Below, in pieces: positions 28,036 to 37,153 of a DNA stretch of 64,000 nt (position 1 is the stretch's first letter; every line of letters starts with the position of its first letter). The position numbers and the translations under genes were made by a program. Under the pieces are notes generated by a model, which was not told the origin of the DNA, made no database searches, and saw only the letters and a list, made by a program, of their open reading frames with translations. Source of the DNA: a phage; the NCBI GenBank assembly GCA_011939005.1, contig GCA_011939005.1_4858.1, one strand, 5' to 3'.

Positions 28036-28857
28036 TCAGCGAAGGGCGTCGGTAGTCTTACCGTGAGAGTTAACCACGTAGACTTCGTCGCCTTTATAAA
28101 ACAGTTCGTACAACGCACCGGCACTGATCTGGTTATCAGGATCGTACCCAGATTCTTCTTCGATGCACATTGCGCCAATCAGTTCATCGACTGACCGGTC
28201 GCCAGGGCGAGCGCCTTTTAAAACAGTAACAACAGACTCACCGTTAATCCACTGCGACTGCTCCTGGACATCAGTGAACTCGATAGATGGACCAGGCTCT
28301 AATTCGACTTGTTGCAGTTCTTCCTGAGTGTAGACAATGATCGCCATGTCGCTATCAGGAGATGGTTTGTACCAGCCTAATTTCTCTGGGGGAGTACCGT
28401 AACCGATGATTTCACCACGTATGCTAGCCACAGCATCAGGTATGCGGGAATTTGTGTCCAGTACCAAGATAGCATTGCCCTTATTATCTAGCACGTAGCT
28501 AATAAACTCGCGTGCGTTGCAGTTAAACACCTCGACCGTTTCCAAATCGGGGATAATAAGGTTGGGGAAAAGCTGCCGCAAATACGTGTGTGCATAAACC
28601 TGACTTTTATATAATCTGTGCGACCAGCTGCAGTAGTCAGACAAATGCATGGTGTTCGGATCAGGCACATCAGGGGCAACGCGTTTTAACCCCGGATTAA
28701 GGGCTAACTTTTCATCATCGACAACGATGTCGAAGCGCTCGTTCTCGAGCATTTTTAATGCCTCGCGGAATACACGAGACTTACGGTCACCGATACGAAC
28801 CTTTTCATGCTCGGTAATAATGCGGTCACCATCAATTACACGTTTAACTGTAAACAT
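28036..28857 (-). CDS. hypothetical protein (273 aa)
   Basis: ORF with AAGGAAG RBS. Confidence 0.6.
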   Translation of the reverse strand: MFTVKRVIDGDRIITEHEKVRIGDRKSRVFREALKMLENERFDIVVDDEKLALNPGLKRVAPDVPDPNTMHLSDYCSWSHRLYKSQVYAHTYLRQLFPNLIIPDLETVEVFNCNAREFISYVLDNKGNAILVLDTNSRIPDAVASIRGEIIGYGTPPEKLGWYKPSPDSDMAIIVYTQEELQQVELEPGPSIEFTDVQEQSQWINGESVVTVLKGARPGDRSVDELIGAMCIEEESGYDPDNQISAGALYELFYKGDEVYVVNSHGKTTDALR

Positions 28858-29232
28858 GTTGCTTCCTTCTTACTACTATTGCTGCTTCTATTGGTAGTCC
28901 ACGACATATCCCTCGTGGGTGGGTTCGGTGTGTAACCGAATAAGTTTTTCTGTTCCCAGGGCAACGCACCAGGCTTAATTGATTTAGTTGGCAAACCAGG
29001 AACAGAAAAGGGGTATACAGACTATGGCGCGAGGTGGCTCTGGATGGATGCGTAAGAAAAACCCAAACGGCCCTGGCCTGTAAGTTGGCCCGAAGTCACC
29101 GTGTCGGAGGACAGCCCATGCAGGTAGGCGGCAATGGACACGGTGACCGCGGAAGTGGTTCGTGTTACCCTTGACCCGTGTGTGGATACGCGTCTTATTT
29201 CGAATGCCTTCGGGATAAGGATAACACAAATG

Positions 29233-29312
29233 GGGCGAGCAAGTGGCAGGGATTCGAACCGTCGAAATATCCGATTATGAGTCGGGTGTTAATTCCTCTA
29301 ACTTCGCTGCTC
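29233..29312 (-). pseudogene. tRNA-like element with CAU anticodon arm; degenerate T-arm and acceptor (possible tRNA pseudogene)
   Basis: Minus-sense D-arm GTTA-GAGGAAT-TAAC and anticodon arm CCCGA-CTCATAA-TCGGA fold well; GGTTCGAATCC T-loop present but T-stem and acceptor pair poorly. Confidence 0.3.
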
Positions 29313-29313
29313 T

Positions 29314-29382
29314 TGCTTTGACCGGACTCGAACCGGCGACCTTCCTCGATGAGGCTGCTCTACCTACCTGAGCTACAAAGCC
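29314..29382 (-). pseudogene. tRNA-like element, truncated (69 nt) with aberrant anticodon/variable region
   Basis: Minus-sense acceptor GGCTTTG/CAAAGC, D-arm GCTC-AGGTAGGTA-GAGC and T-arm GCCGG-TTCGAGT-CCGGT are good, but the anticodon stem has a mismatch and the variable loop is about 3 nt too short. Confidence 0.3.
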
Positions 29383-30408
29383 ATTGTTCATGACATCATG
29401 ATAGTTACACTCAACGTACCACACCCCTACTGGTTTCCGTTTCGGGGGACTTAACCAGACACCATACGTCCAAGGTCGACGCTTAGGTGTGTTATCAGTT
29501 GCATGACTGGAAATCTCTTACGAGACGTCTACGTTGAACCGGCAAGCCGGCCATGATGTGAAGATGGGGGAACGCCCAGGCTTCCGCCCAGTCGAGTGAG
29601 GTACGAATCCTTCACTCCAGTCATCACTGATGGTGACAGCGCTCCCATTGTAAGGTGCCGGTGCTTCCCGGCGTGTGTTAGTGCACTCAGCTCCCTCGGG
29701 CTTATCTGCGGCAACACGTTGCCCGGAGCACCGACATATACCACAGTAACCTCGTAAAGTCACTCTGGTATTGTTCGTTGCATACTACTAAGTTACCACG
29801 TAAACGATTTCATCACTTCCATAAATAATAATTAACCTAAATTCATTTCTGAATGCAGGTGATGGACTTCTTCTTCTGAGCCTGGCCGTAAGGTCAGGTC
29901 TTAGCGTCTCCAAGCACCACCCGCTATCACGCACATTCGTGGCGTACCGGCCGTATGAGGTACCGCGCCTACGGTGACACACAGTCACCCTAACACTGGG
30001 AACTCAATCCCATTCGGTTATCAAATTGTGGATTTACAGGCGTAGCGTAGCGGCTTAATGGGCCGGTGCTTGCCTGTCCCCTAGGGACGGTTGTCGTGGA
30101 GACGCCAGTCTGTAAGTGGGGCCCTTGCGGGAAAACCCATCGCCTGTAAACCAAACATGATTGAATACCCAGAACCGGACGTTGGAAATCAACATCCTGA
30201 TGTACTGGAGTATTTCATGCATAAACGTGTCTCGTATCGAATGAGGTTATGACCGGTCAGATACCCAGCATCCTGTACAAGCGACCTGGTGCTTTGTGTA
30301 CCTGGCTGCTACGGATTTATTGGTCTACCGTAGGTCTAAGCTACTACCGGCTCATGCGGGACATCAACCCGCACAATCTGAGTAAGTATCATGGCTCGAA
30401 TAGGGTTA

Positions 30409-30424
30409 GTGGGCCGAAGCCCAC
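30409..30424 (-). other. stable hairpin 3 nt after stop of 30428..30670, no U-run
   Basis: GTGGGC-CGAA-GCCCAC; possible RNA-stability or processing element. Confidence 0.3.
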
Positions 30425-30427
30425 TGT

Positions 30428-30670
30428 TTAGCCAGCGTTGAACGATTCATGAACGACGGTCCCAGCAGGATAGTGCGTAGTACCGATAAGAGTAACGGTC
30501 AGGGTAAGCCCTTCATCCCAGCGCTCTTTCGGTAACCAGCGGCAGTCCATCCAATGACCACGGTCGGGAGGAATTGCACACGCGGCTTGCTCCGTAGGAG
30601 CCGCCACGATTATGGAATCAAATTCATCATACCCGATATCGTCAGTTCGTTCTAGCAAATACAAGTTCAT
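30428..30670 (-). CDS. hypothetical small protein (80 aa), paralog of the N-terminus of 31408..31983
   Basis: MNLYLLERTDDIGYDEFDSIIVAAPTEQAA resembles MNLYRIGFYRNEVPESVLVVLAENEEQAK. Confidence 0.5.
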   Translation of the reverse strand: MNLYLLERTDDIGYDEFDSIIVAAPTEQAACAIPPDRGHWMDCRWLPKERWDEGLTLTVTLIGTTHYPAGTVVHESFNAG

Positions 30671-30736
30671 GATTATTCTCCGCAGTTAGACATTCGGTGT
30701 CATTCTGCTTTGAATCATGGCCTTGTTGGCTAAATG

Positions 30737-30812
30737 TGGCGGGGGCACGAGGTTTCAAACCTCGAACCTTCGGTTTTGGAGACCGGTGCGCTACCAATTG
30801 CGCCATACCCCC
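30737..30812 (-). tRNA. tRNA-Trp (anticodon CCA), CCA end encoded
   Basis: 76-nt cloverleaf: 7-bp acceptor, D-arm GCGC-AATTGGTA-GCGC, anticodon loop CTCCAAA, T-arm CGAGG-TTTGAAA-CCTCG; one C-A mismatch in the anticodon stem and T at position 56. Confidence 0.7.
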
Positions 30813-30940
30813 AGAATCTTTACTCGGGTGCCATACGGATGGGAGGGGACTTCTTGCGCTGACCAAACAACGTCAAAACCGTATCCCGTAAACCCAACTG
30901 CTTTGGCTTATCCTAATTCTTCTTCGGCTTTTGAGACACG

Positions 30941-31411
30941 TTAAATCTCCTGGACTGGGCCACCCGTGTTGATATCAAACTTTGCAGCGATGCGAACAGC
31001 GTCTGCTGAACTCGCCCCTGCTGCCATTGCCCCGATTGCAAACTCGCAACCCGACCCAATCGCGACCGGTGGTTGCACAACCGCCATCCAGGGAAGTTCA
31101 TCGTCTTCGTACTGGCCGCCAGTGTACACAACACCTTTGTCCGTAATCGCGATGTACTTGAGCGTGATACCTTTGGGGAATCGGTGGTTGGACGTGAGAC
31201 CGTTGTAACTCGTCAACGCTTCATGAACCGCTTGTACGCCAACCAGTTTTCCAGCGACGCCATAAGCCACGATTTGATTACCATCCAAACGCCAGTTATC
31301 GCTGGGTTTGGCCATGAAGATTTTCTGCGTGTTCATGTCCAGGCGATAATCGCCTAAGGTCATCTGGCTGTCAGAAGCCAGGACTTTTCCGTCGAACGCT
31401 ATCGTCGTCAT
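30941..31411 (-). CDS. HslV/proteasome-beta-like N-terminal-nucleophile peptidase
   Basis: Start MTTIAFDGKVLASDSQMTLG matches HslV MTTIVSV...GDGQATLG; VAIGSG motif; ATG overlaps the upstream stop as ATGA (31408-31411). The track's longer N-terminus is probably spurious. Confidence 0.65.
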   Translation of the reverse strand: MTTIAFDGKVLASDSQMTLGDYRLDMNTQKIFMAKPSDNWRLDGNQIVAYGVAGKLVGVQAVHEALTSYNGLTSNHRFPKGITLKYIAITDKGVVYTGGQYEDDELPWMAVVQPPVAIGSGCEFAIGAMAAGASSADAVRIAAKFDINTGGPVQEI

Positions 31412-31983
31412 TGGGTCACCTTCCTCGGTGTGTACTCGAATGTCGTTTCCGTCAGGTAATCCTGGCGGATCCAAGTCAGCTCCTGGCCTTGCTCACACTT
31501 GATGTTCGTAACCAAACCGGCTTCAAGTGGTAGCTCACAGACCGAAACGATTCCGGGTTTATCACCGTCCCAATGTGCGAATGCCGCAGCAGGGGTTGTT
31601 GCCCCGACGATGATTCCGGAATCGACGTAGTCTTCGGTAGCGGCGTCGCTGTACACCAGGTACAGTTTGAGCGTCGAAGGTTGTTTAACCTGAAATCCGA
31701 AATACGTCTCGGTGTTGCCTGAGGGAAATTCCCAGGAATGTCTGGCAGGTTCGGAAACAAACTCCAAACCGGGATGGGAGTAATCTTCCCATCGGCCCAT
31801 CTTCAGGACTACGCCTGCAGCGACATCCGTTGTGGCAACTGGACCGTCGTAGCAGCACGCAACCGCTGGACGCTCTGCGCTAACCGGCCAGAAGGATTTG
31901 GCCTGCTCCTCGTTTTCGGCTAAGACAACCAAAACCGATTCTGGTACCTCGTTCCGGTAAAACCCGATGCGATACAAGTTCAT
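31408..31983 (-). CDS. hypothetical protein (191 aa)
   Basis: ORF translationally coupled to the HslV-like gene. Confidence 0.55.
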   Translation of the reverse strand: MNLYRIGFYRNEVPESVLVVLAENEEQAKSFWPVSAERPAVACCYDGPVATTDVAAGVVLKMGRWEDYSHPGLEFVSEPARHSWEFPSGNTETYFGFQVKQPSTLKLYLVYSDAATEDYVDSGIIVGATTPAAAFAHWDGDKPGIVSVCELPLEAGLVTNIKCEQGQELTWIRQDYLTETTFEYTPRKVTQ

Positions 31984-32932
31984 GGTTTAATTCTCCGTTT
32001 GGTTTATCATACCTCACGCAGAATCTGTAAATTTTAATCAGCCAGGTACTGGCGTTTCACAACGGGAGTACCCACCCCTCTCGTCTGTTCCGAGCCGTCA
32101 AGATCCGATCACCCCACTTTGGAGTTATCCCCCAAGTCTGCGGTTCTACACGCAGACCCCTTTTCGACGCAACGCCGAATTCGAATCAGTTTTGGCCCGA
32201 CGCCAGAGCGGAATCAGCGATAACTATCGGAGGTAAGTTCAACGACGTCTCTCCGCTGCCCAGTCCTCTGGCGCTGCCACGGTCAACTCGGATTTTGTCA
32301 TGGGTGCGCAGTCGACTTTCTCGACACTCTCGCAAACCGAACTACGCCCGACGTAGCACCGTCGGCAGGTCGGTTATTTACCGAGTACCTGAATGGGTGG
32401 TGATTGTCGGAATCCCCGCCGACGCTCACCGGTTCTGTTCCACGGCGAAAGTTTTCCAGAACATAATAAATCACGCAGTGTTAGATTGCGCTTTGTCGAA
32501 GACACCACGGTAGGTATTTTCGAAAAAGCGTCCTGGGTATCAGTCCCAGGACTTGGAGCCCTAGTGTGCAGGGTTTAAAAAGTGATTGGACCATTGGCGC
32601 GGTCAATCGCTATTCGCATATAACAACAAACTCACGTAATCAAAAAATTACCGGCTCGAGGCGTAGGCGTCCAGGAGCCGGTGAGTCACACAGCAGTGAG
32701 TCCCTCTGCGGGGATTTTCGTGGAGCTTGTCGTTGGAATAAAAATCCGTCCCCGGACGGGTTGGTGTTGTGGGTCGACTTGTCAGAGTCTACCTACCAGG
32801 GAGGCGACCACCAAAGCTATGGGTTTTTGGACATCGAGTGGTGGTCTGAACACACGATAGGGAAACCACGTAAAAAATACACAGGGTACCCGATCTCGGT
32901 CTTCCGTCCGATCACGATCTCTTAATAAGGAT

Positions 32933-33096
32933 CACGCGCGCGCCCGCACGCGTTTTAAGATCTTAATATATTAATATATTTATTTATATAAATAATTATA
33001 ATAATTAAATATAATACCTAAAGGTATTATTATATTTAATATTATTATATATTTTAAAAGATCCTGGAGGATACGGGTGCGCGCACGCGCACGCGT
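32933..33096. repeat. AT-rich imperfect palindrome flanked by alternating CG/CA tracts (candidate origin-like element)
   Basis: Core of about 110 nt, nearly pure A/T, with inverted symmetry about ATAATACC-TAAA-GGTATTAT (centre about 33020); GATC-containing ends; flanks CACGCGCGCGCCCGCACGCG and GGGTGCGCGCACGCGCACGCG. Confidence 0.5.
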
Positions 33097-33684
33097 ATAA
33101 GGAAAGGGTCTTCGACCCGATCCACAGGATCGATCTAAAAAACAATCTAAGTGATTGTTTTAAAAAGAAATTTTGAGAATTAGATTAAATTATCCCCTAA
33201 GGGGGATTTTAGAGTGAGTTAAACAACCCAAAGAACTCGTAAGTAACCGACAGTGTGTGTCGGTTACAGAACGATCCAGTTTTCACCCAGACATGGCACG
33301 AAGTGCTACCCAACGTGTGATCGTCGCGGCGACCGGCGACCGTCGTCCCGGAACCGAAACGGGAATGGCTCTCTCGCGCTCTCAGCGGCCCGCTGGCGCG
33401 ATTTTCCGGTAGGGGGAACCCAAGTGTACTGGGTCAGTTATAAATCTCGTTCTAGCGCTTTCTAGAGCGTTTTTAATAACCGGTTAAAAAACATACAATC
33501 CTGAATCCCCATTCCCCGTATTTCCTCGCCCCGACAAAAATAAATTCACCGACTCGATGCAAGACCCCCTCTAAAACGCACGTAATTGACCCTAGAAAAC
33601 GATAAACTATCAAAAATGAGCTACCCTACATCCAGACCACTTAATCGTTTTCTGGTGTTTCCTAGACCTCTTTAATCGGATGGT

Positions 33685-33735
33685 TAAAAAAACAAAAAAA
33701 ATAAGATTGGCGTACTCCCCGAAGAGAGTACGCCT
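33685..33735 (-). terminator. intrinsic terminator
   Basis: GGCGTACTC...GAGTACGCC hairpin followed (minus sense) by a long U-run. Confidence 0.55.
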
Positions 33736-33741
33736 AGTGAC

Positions 33742-34296
33742 TTAACACTTGATGGTGTAGCCATCAAGGCCAAGGTGTACTGGTTTTATCCATAACCCTG
33801 GCTCCCCGAAAATATTCAGGTCGTAAGTTTGGTAATGCATGATCTTTGCAGGAACATGCACACCCATGCGTTGCAGAAATTCCCAGACGGCGACGTAGCG
33901 TTCACGAGTGATGAACATTAGCCCGGAGTCGAACCCGGAACCGATGTCTAGGAAATTACCAAGAGAACTGTCAAAACTTGACACCCCATCTTGAGTAAGT
34001 GCGACCAACCCTTTAGTTAAATCTCTGTGGTTGTCAATGAAGTTACAGAGATCTACGATGGTTATTTGACCGTAAATACGACGGAGGACGGCAGCAACAG
34101 CCAAAATCTCGCTGGTATTTCCGTAGTCACCTAAAGGGTTATGGTCCATCATCGCAGTAATTATGCTTGTGTCGCAGAGGTCGATTAACCGCTGGTCGTG
34201 TACCACCAGGTTAAGACCTTGCTCCACCTGCACGGTTGGCGCAGTAAACATAGGAGGCTCCTTACGTTTTGACTGACTGTGAAGGTAATCTGGCAT
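33742..34296 (-). CDS. hypothetical protein (start possibly ATG 34251)
   Basis: Track start overlaps the upstream gene; internal ATG (MFTAPTVQV) removes the overlap. Confidence 0.55.
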   Translation of the reverse strand: MPDYLHSQSKRKEPPMFTAPTVQVEQGLNLVVHDQRLIDLCDTSIITAMMDHNPLGDYGNTSEILAVAAVLRRIYGQITIVDLCNFIDNHRDLTKGLVALTQDGVSSFDSSLGNFLDIGSGFDSGLMFITRERYVAVWEFLQRMGVHVPAKIMHYQTYDLNIFGEPGLWIKPVHLGLDGYTIKC

Positions 34297-35395
34297 CGTA
34301 CATTAAAAAGATTTCCAGCAGGTTCATACCCGTCGCGTAAAAGATTTGGTCTGTGATGACACTCACTAACGCATCTGGGTCAATCGCATCTACTGCGAAA
34401 TCGCTGTCGAACTGCCAGAACTCGACGTCATCCCCCTTTTCAAACGTCGCGGCATACAATCCAGGTTTCACACCACGCCGGAACGAAAAGAGTTTTGCGT
34501 CAGACTCAGTGTCCTTACCATAAATTTCCCCGTCGGTCAGTGTGATCGCTGCGCGTTTACACCGAGTTACCGTAAGGAGCGCACGGTTTGCAGATGCTTG
34601 CGATTTAAACGGATAGGGGCCATCGTATGTCGGGACATTCTGGTCGCCTAAGGCATCAAGTGCCTTACTCCGATAGACTACCGGAGACTTAAAATTACAC
34701 AGTCGATTCCCTTCGGTAAACATTGTGTATTCGACCTTAACGTCGGTACCGACGAGGTCAGCAGGGGACACTTTGTAGTGTGCTAACTGTCCCTGCACGC
34801 GGCGAGAGAGCATCGATGCCAGGAACGTGTGGTTGCCCTGTGTACGCAAGACATACCCAAACTCTGTGCAGTCGACGATACGAGCGTCCATACGCCGTAC
34901 AGGCTCCAGCCGGTAAGTCACATCATTCGCTTCGATAAGAAACTGACTGATGCTAACATCGCGAGATCGATGTTTGATTGCTTCAAACACTTCACCCGCT
35001 TCCAGAATAGCTGGTTCAATTACATTGACCTGGAATGGGAGGGGTTTCGTCGGCCGTTGACCCATTGTTGTCACTGTCATCGAACGTAGCCACGGGTCGT
35101 CCTCGCTAGGGTCATTGGAGAGCCAATGCGTTAACCAGCGAGAAAGATTCTGGGGAATCGTTGCGGTTGAATATAAAATCACGGTACCCATTATGCCTGC
35201 ATCGGCCAGCAAGCGCGCGAGTACCGTGTTCATCGAATCGTATTTGCCATTTCGAAGAATAGGTAATCCCCCGACCTGGACCATTTCGCAGATGACGCCG
35301 TGCGGCAGCACCCACATCTTCACTTGTTGGGCAGAATGTATCTGCCCCGTGCGTAGCTTTTCTTGCCACGCGTGCTTACGTTCATAGTTCATCAT
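34262..35395 (-). CDS. hypothetical protein (377 aa)
   Basis: Long ORF. Confidence 0.6.
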   Translation of the reverse strand: MMNYERKHAWQEKLRTGQIHSAQQVKMWVLPHGVICEMVQVGGLPILRNGKYDSMNTVLARLLADAGIMGTVILYSTATIPQNLSRWLTHWLSNDPSEDDPWLRSMTVTTMGQRPTKPLPFQVNVIEPAILEAGEVFEAIKHRSRDVSISQFLIEANDVTYRLEPVRRMDARIVDCTEFGYVLRTQGNHTFLASMLSRRVQGQLAHYKVSPADLVGTDVKVEYTMFTEGNRLCNFKSPVVYRSKALDALGDQNVPTYDGPYPFKSQASANRALLTVTRCKRAAITLTDGEIYGKDTESDAKLFSFRRGVKPGLYAATFEKGDDVEFWQFDSDFAVDAIDPDALVSVITDQIFYATGMNLLEIFLMYDARLPSQSVKT

Positions 35396-35467
35396 TGGGT
35401 AAAATCTCCTTCAGGTATACTCTCAGTATGATAACATATATCCGTAAATTTTTAGAGGTTTAGCGCC

Positions 35468-36844
35468 ATGTCTGAATTGGTTTATGATTTCAGTGCCGGT
35501 TGTTATCGTGATACCGGAGTGAAGGTTGCCGTCGAATCATTCGGACGTGACCCATTCTTCGACGATGACACGTATTCTACGGGCTTGTATTACGACTACG
35601 GTTTTGGCGGCTACGTTCCGATGGGACTGGTGGTTGCTGCAGAAGCCATGAAGAATGACCGATTACGTAAAGTGTTTGACGAATGTTTTAAACATGTCGT
35701 TATCGATCGTCGTTTTGCAAAGCAAATTCAACTTCACGTGGATAACATTCTTAAACGTGAAGGCAATGTGGAGTGGCTAGGGTCTAATCTATTAGGCGTC
35801 CACACCATTCGTTTCTACGATTCTGACCGTAACCGCTTTTTTGAAGATGTCTTGAAAGTGGATGAAGATTATCTGTTCGAGATGATTAAAGAATCGGGTA
35901 CGATTAACACCGACTGGGCAGTGGCGGGTGATCCGTATAACCTCTCTACGGTGTATACTCTACATCGAATGATGTCGAAATTCGCCGATCGTGAAATCCA
36001 CGCCGCGGCGGTATCGTTAGTAACGCTTCTGCAATTCAAATTCTACTCCAGTATATATTATCACTTCTTCCCCAAGCCGGTCGACATGGCCGCTGCCGAC
36101 GCCGCATACTCGATGTTGTCGTTAAAGTTCGATATCCGTCGTTTAGGCAACTGGGGTCTGCACATGCAGGAGCGTTCAGAATACTTCTGTTCTCCGGAGT
36201 ACCCAAACTACGACGCGGTTAAACGTTTTGATACGCCAGACCTGGTATTGCGTTTTATCACCGACCTGAACACCCGTACCAAACAAACTGTGAAGGACTA
36301 TTACGCGGTATTGGACAAAGTGCGTCGTGATAACAGTCGTGTAATTACGCAGTCAACCCGAATTGAGTTAGACGGTGAATCGATTATCCGTGACAAAGTG
36401 GGTGCGCTGGATATCGCTAAGCAGAATTTGTTCGATGCGTCTTACGACATCAACAATCTCTACAAAGAGCAATTGGCAAAAGTGGTATTGGAGCTAGTAC
36501 CCAAAGCATCTCCCGCGGCACTGAAAACTTTGCTGGCGTATATTGCAAGTCTACCGCTTGGCAAAAAGCGCGATGAGATTAACGCTATCATGGAGGACAC
36601 GCTATCGCACGCGTTCGACGAAATTGTTACCTCTCGTCTGAACTTTAACGATGCGAGCACGGTTCTACTGCGTATGCGTTCGTTGTACCAGGCTTCGAAG
36701 TCCCCTAACCCATACGTGTTATCGTTGCGTGAACGGATTGAGAAACTGGCCGCACGGGAAACACACATCCGCCATGAAGCCGCGTTGGCCGCTTTGCGTA
36801 ATGCGTTACTGTTGTACTTCTTGATCCGCTCTTTGCAGAAATAA
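35468..36844 (+). CDS. hypothetical protein (458 aa)
   Basis: AGAGG RBS 9 nt upstream of ATG; followed by terminator. Confidence 0.6.
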   Translation: MSELVYDFSAGCYRDTGVKVAVESFGRDPFFDDDTYSTGLYYDYGFGGYVPMGLVVAAEAMKNDRLRKVFDECFKHVVIDRRFAKQIQLHVDNILKREGNVEWLGSNLLGVHTIRFYDSDRNRFFEDVLKVDEDYLFEMIKESGTINTDWAVAGDPYNLSTVYTLHRMMSKFADREIHAAAVSLVTLLQFKFYSSIYYHFFPKPVDMAAADAAYSMLSLKFDIRRLGNWGLHMQERSEYFCSPEYPNYDAVKRFDTPDLVLRFITDLNTRTKQTVKDYYAVLDKVRRDNSRVITQSTRIELDGESIIRDKVGALDIAKQNLFDASYDINNLYKEQLAKVVLELVPKASPAALKTLLAYIASLPLGKKRDEINAIMEDTLSHAFDEIVTSRLNFNDASTVLLRMRSLYQASKSPNPYVLSLRERIEKLAARETHIRHEAALAALRNALLLYFLIRSLQK

Positions 36845-36852
36845 AATAAAAT

Positions 36853-36896
36853 GCCACCTCTCCAGTTTCGGAGAGGTGGCTACGTCGTATTTTTTC
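36853..36896. terminator. bidirectional intrinsic terminator
   Basis: 11-bp stem GCCACCTCTCC/GGAGAGGTGGC then T-run; A-rich upstream. Confidence 0.6.
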
Positions 36897-36910
36897 GAGT
36901 TAAAGTTGAT

Positions 36911-37153
36911 TCAGGCGAGTGCTCCCGATACGGCAACTTGATGTAGGGTATACACAACGTGTAGCCCCGCGGTCGATAGTCCACCGATAAGCAATACGCC
37001 AAAGCTACAGATAATCTGTCCGAGCCGCATTGTGCGTGTGCAGACATCGTGGCTTTGTGCGTGTATGCGTATTACTTCGATGGTGTGGCGTAAGCCAAAG
37101 TACAGGCAAATCCACATTACCAGCACGATTGCATAGTAGAGTTGAGTCATCAC
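36911..37153 (-). CDS. small hydrophobic protein (80 aa, two predicted membrane helices)
   Basis: Hydrophobic stretches YYAIVLVMWICLYFGL and ICSFGVLLIGGLSTAGL; overlaps the terminase stop. Confidence 0.45.
   Translation of the reverse strand: MMTQLYYAIVLVMWICLYFGLRHTIEVIRIHAQSHDVCTRTMRLGQIICSFGVLLIGGLSTAGLHVVYTLHQVAVSGALA

Noticed and set aside
28984-29229. 81-aa minus ORF and a 19-codon plus ORF in the island upstream of the tRNA-like elements
   Set aside because: No RBS or start context; overlap structured non-coding sequence.
29583-29612. GGTACGAATCC T-loop-like sequence as a plus-strand tRNA
   Set aside because: It forms an 8-bp simple hairpin with no acceptor or D-arm partners; not a cloverleaf.
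32207-32245. Q-like AATCAGCGA and R-like GTTCAACGAC on the plus strand as a second group I intron
   Set aside because: No P element, no flanking interrupted reading frame, no endonuclease ORF; the 10-mer could recur by chance.
32566-32925. 119-aa plus-strand ORF in the non-coding island
   Set aside because: GTG start, opposite strand to all neighbours, region dense in hairpins; kept only as a remote possibility (a GGAG lies 8 nt upstream).
32933-33096. CRISPR array or tandem-repeat locus
   Set aside because: No regularly spaced direct repeats with unique spacers; the structure is a single AT-rich inverted repeat with GC flanks.
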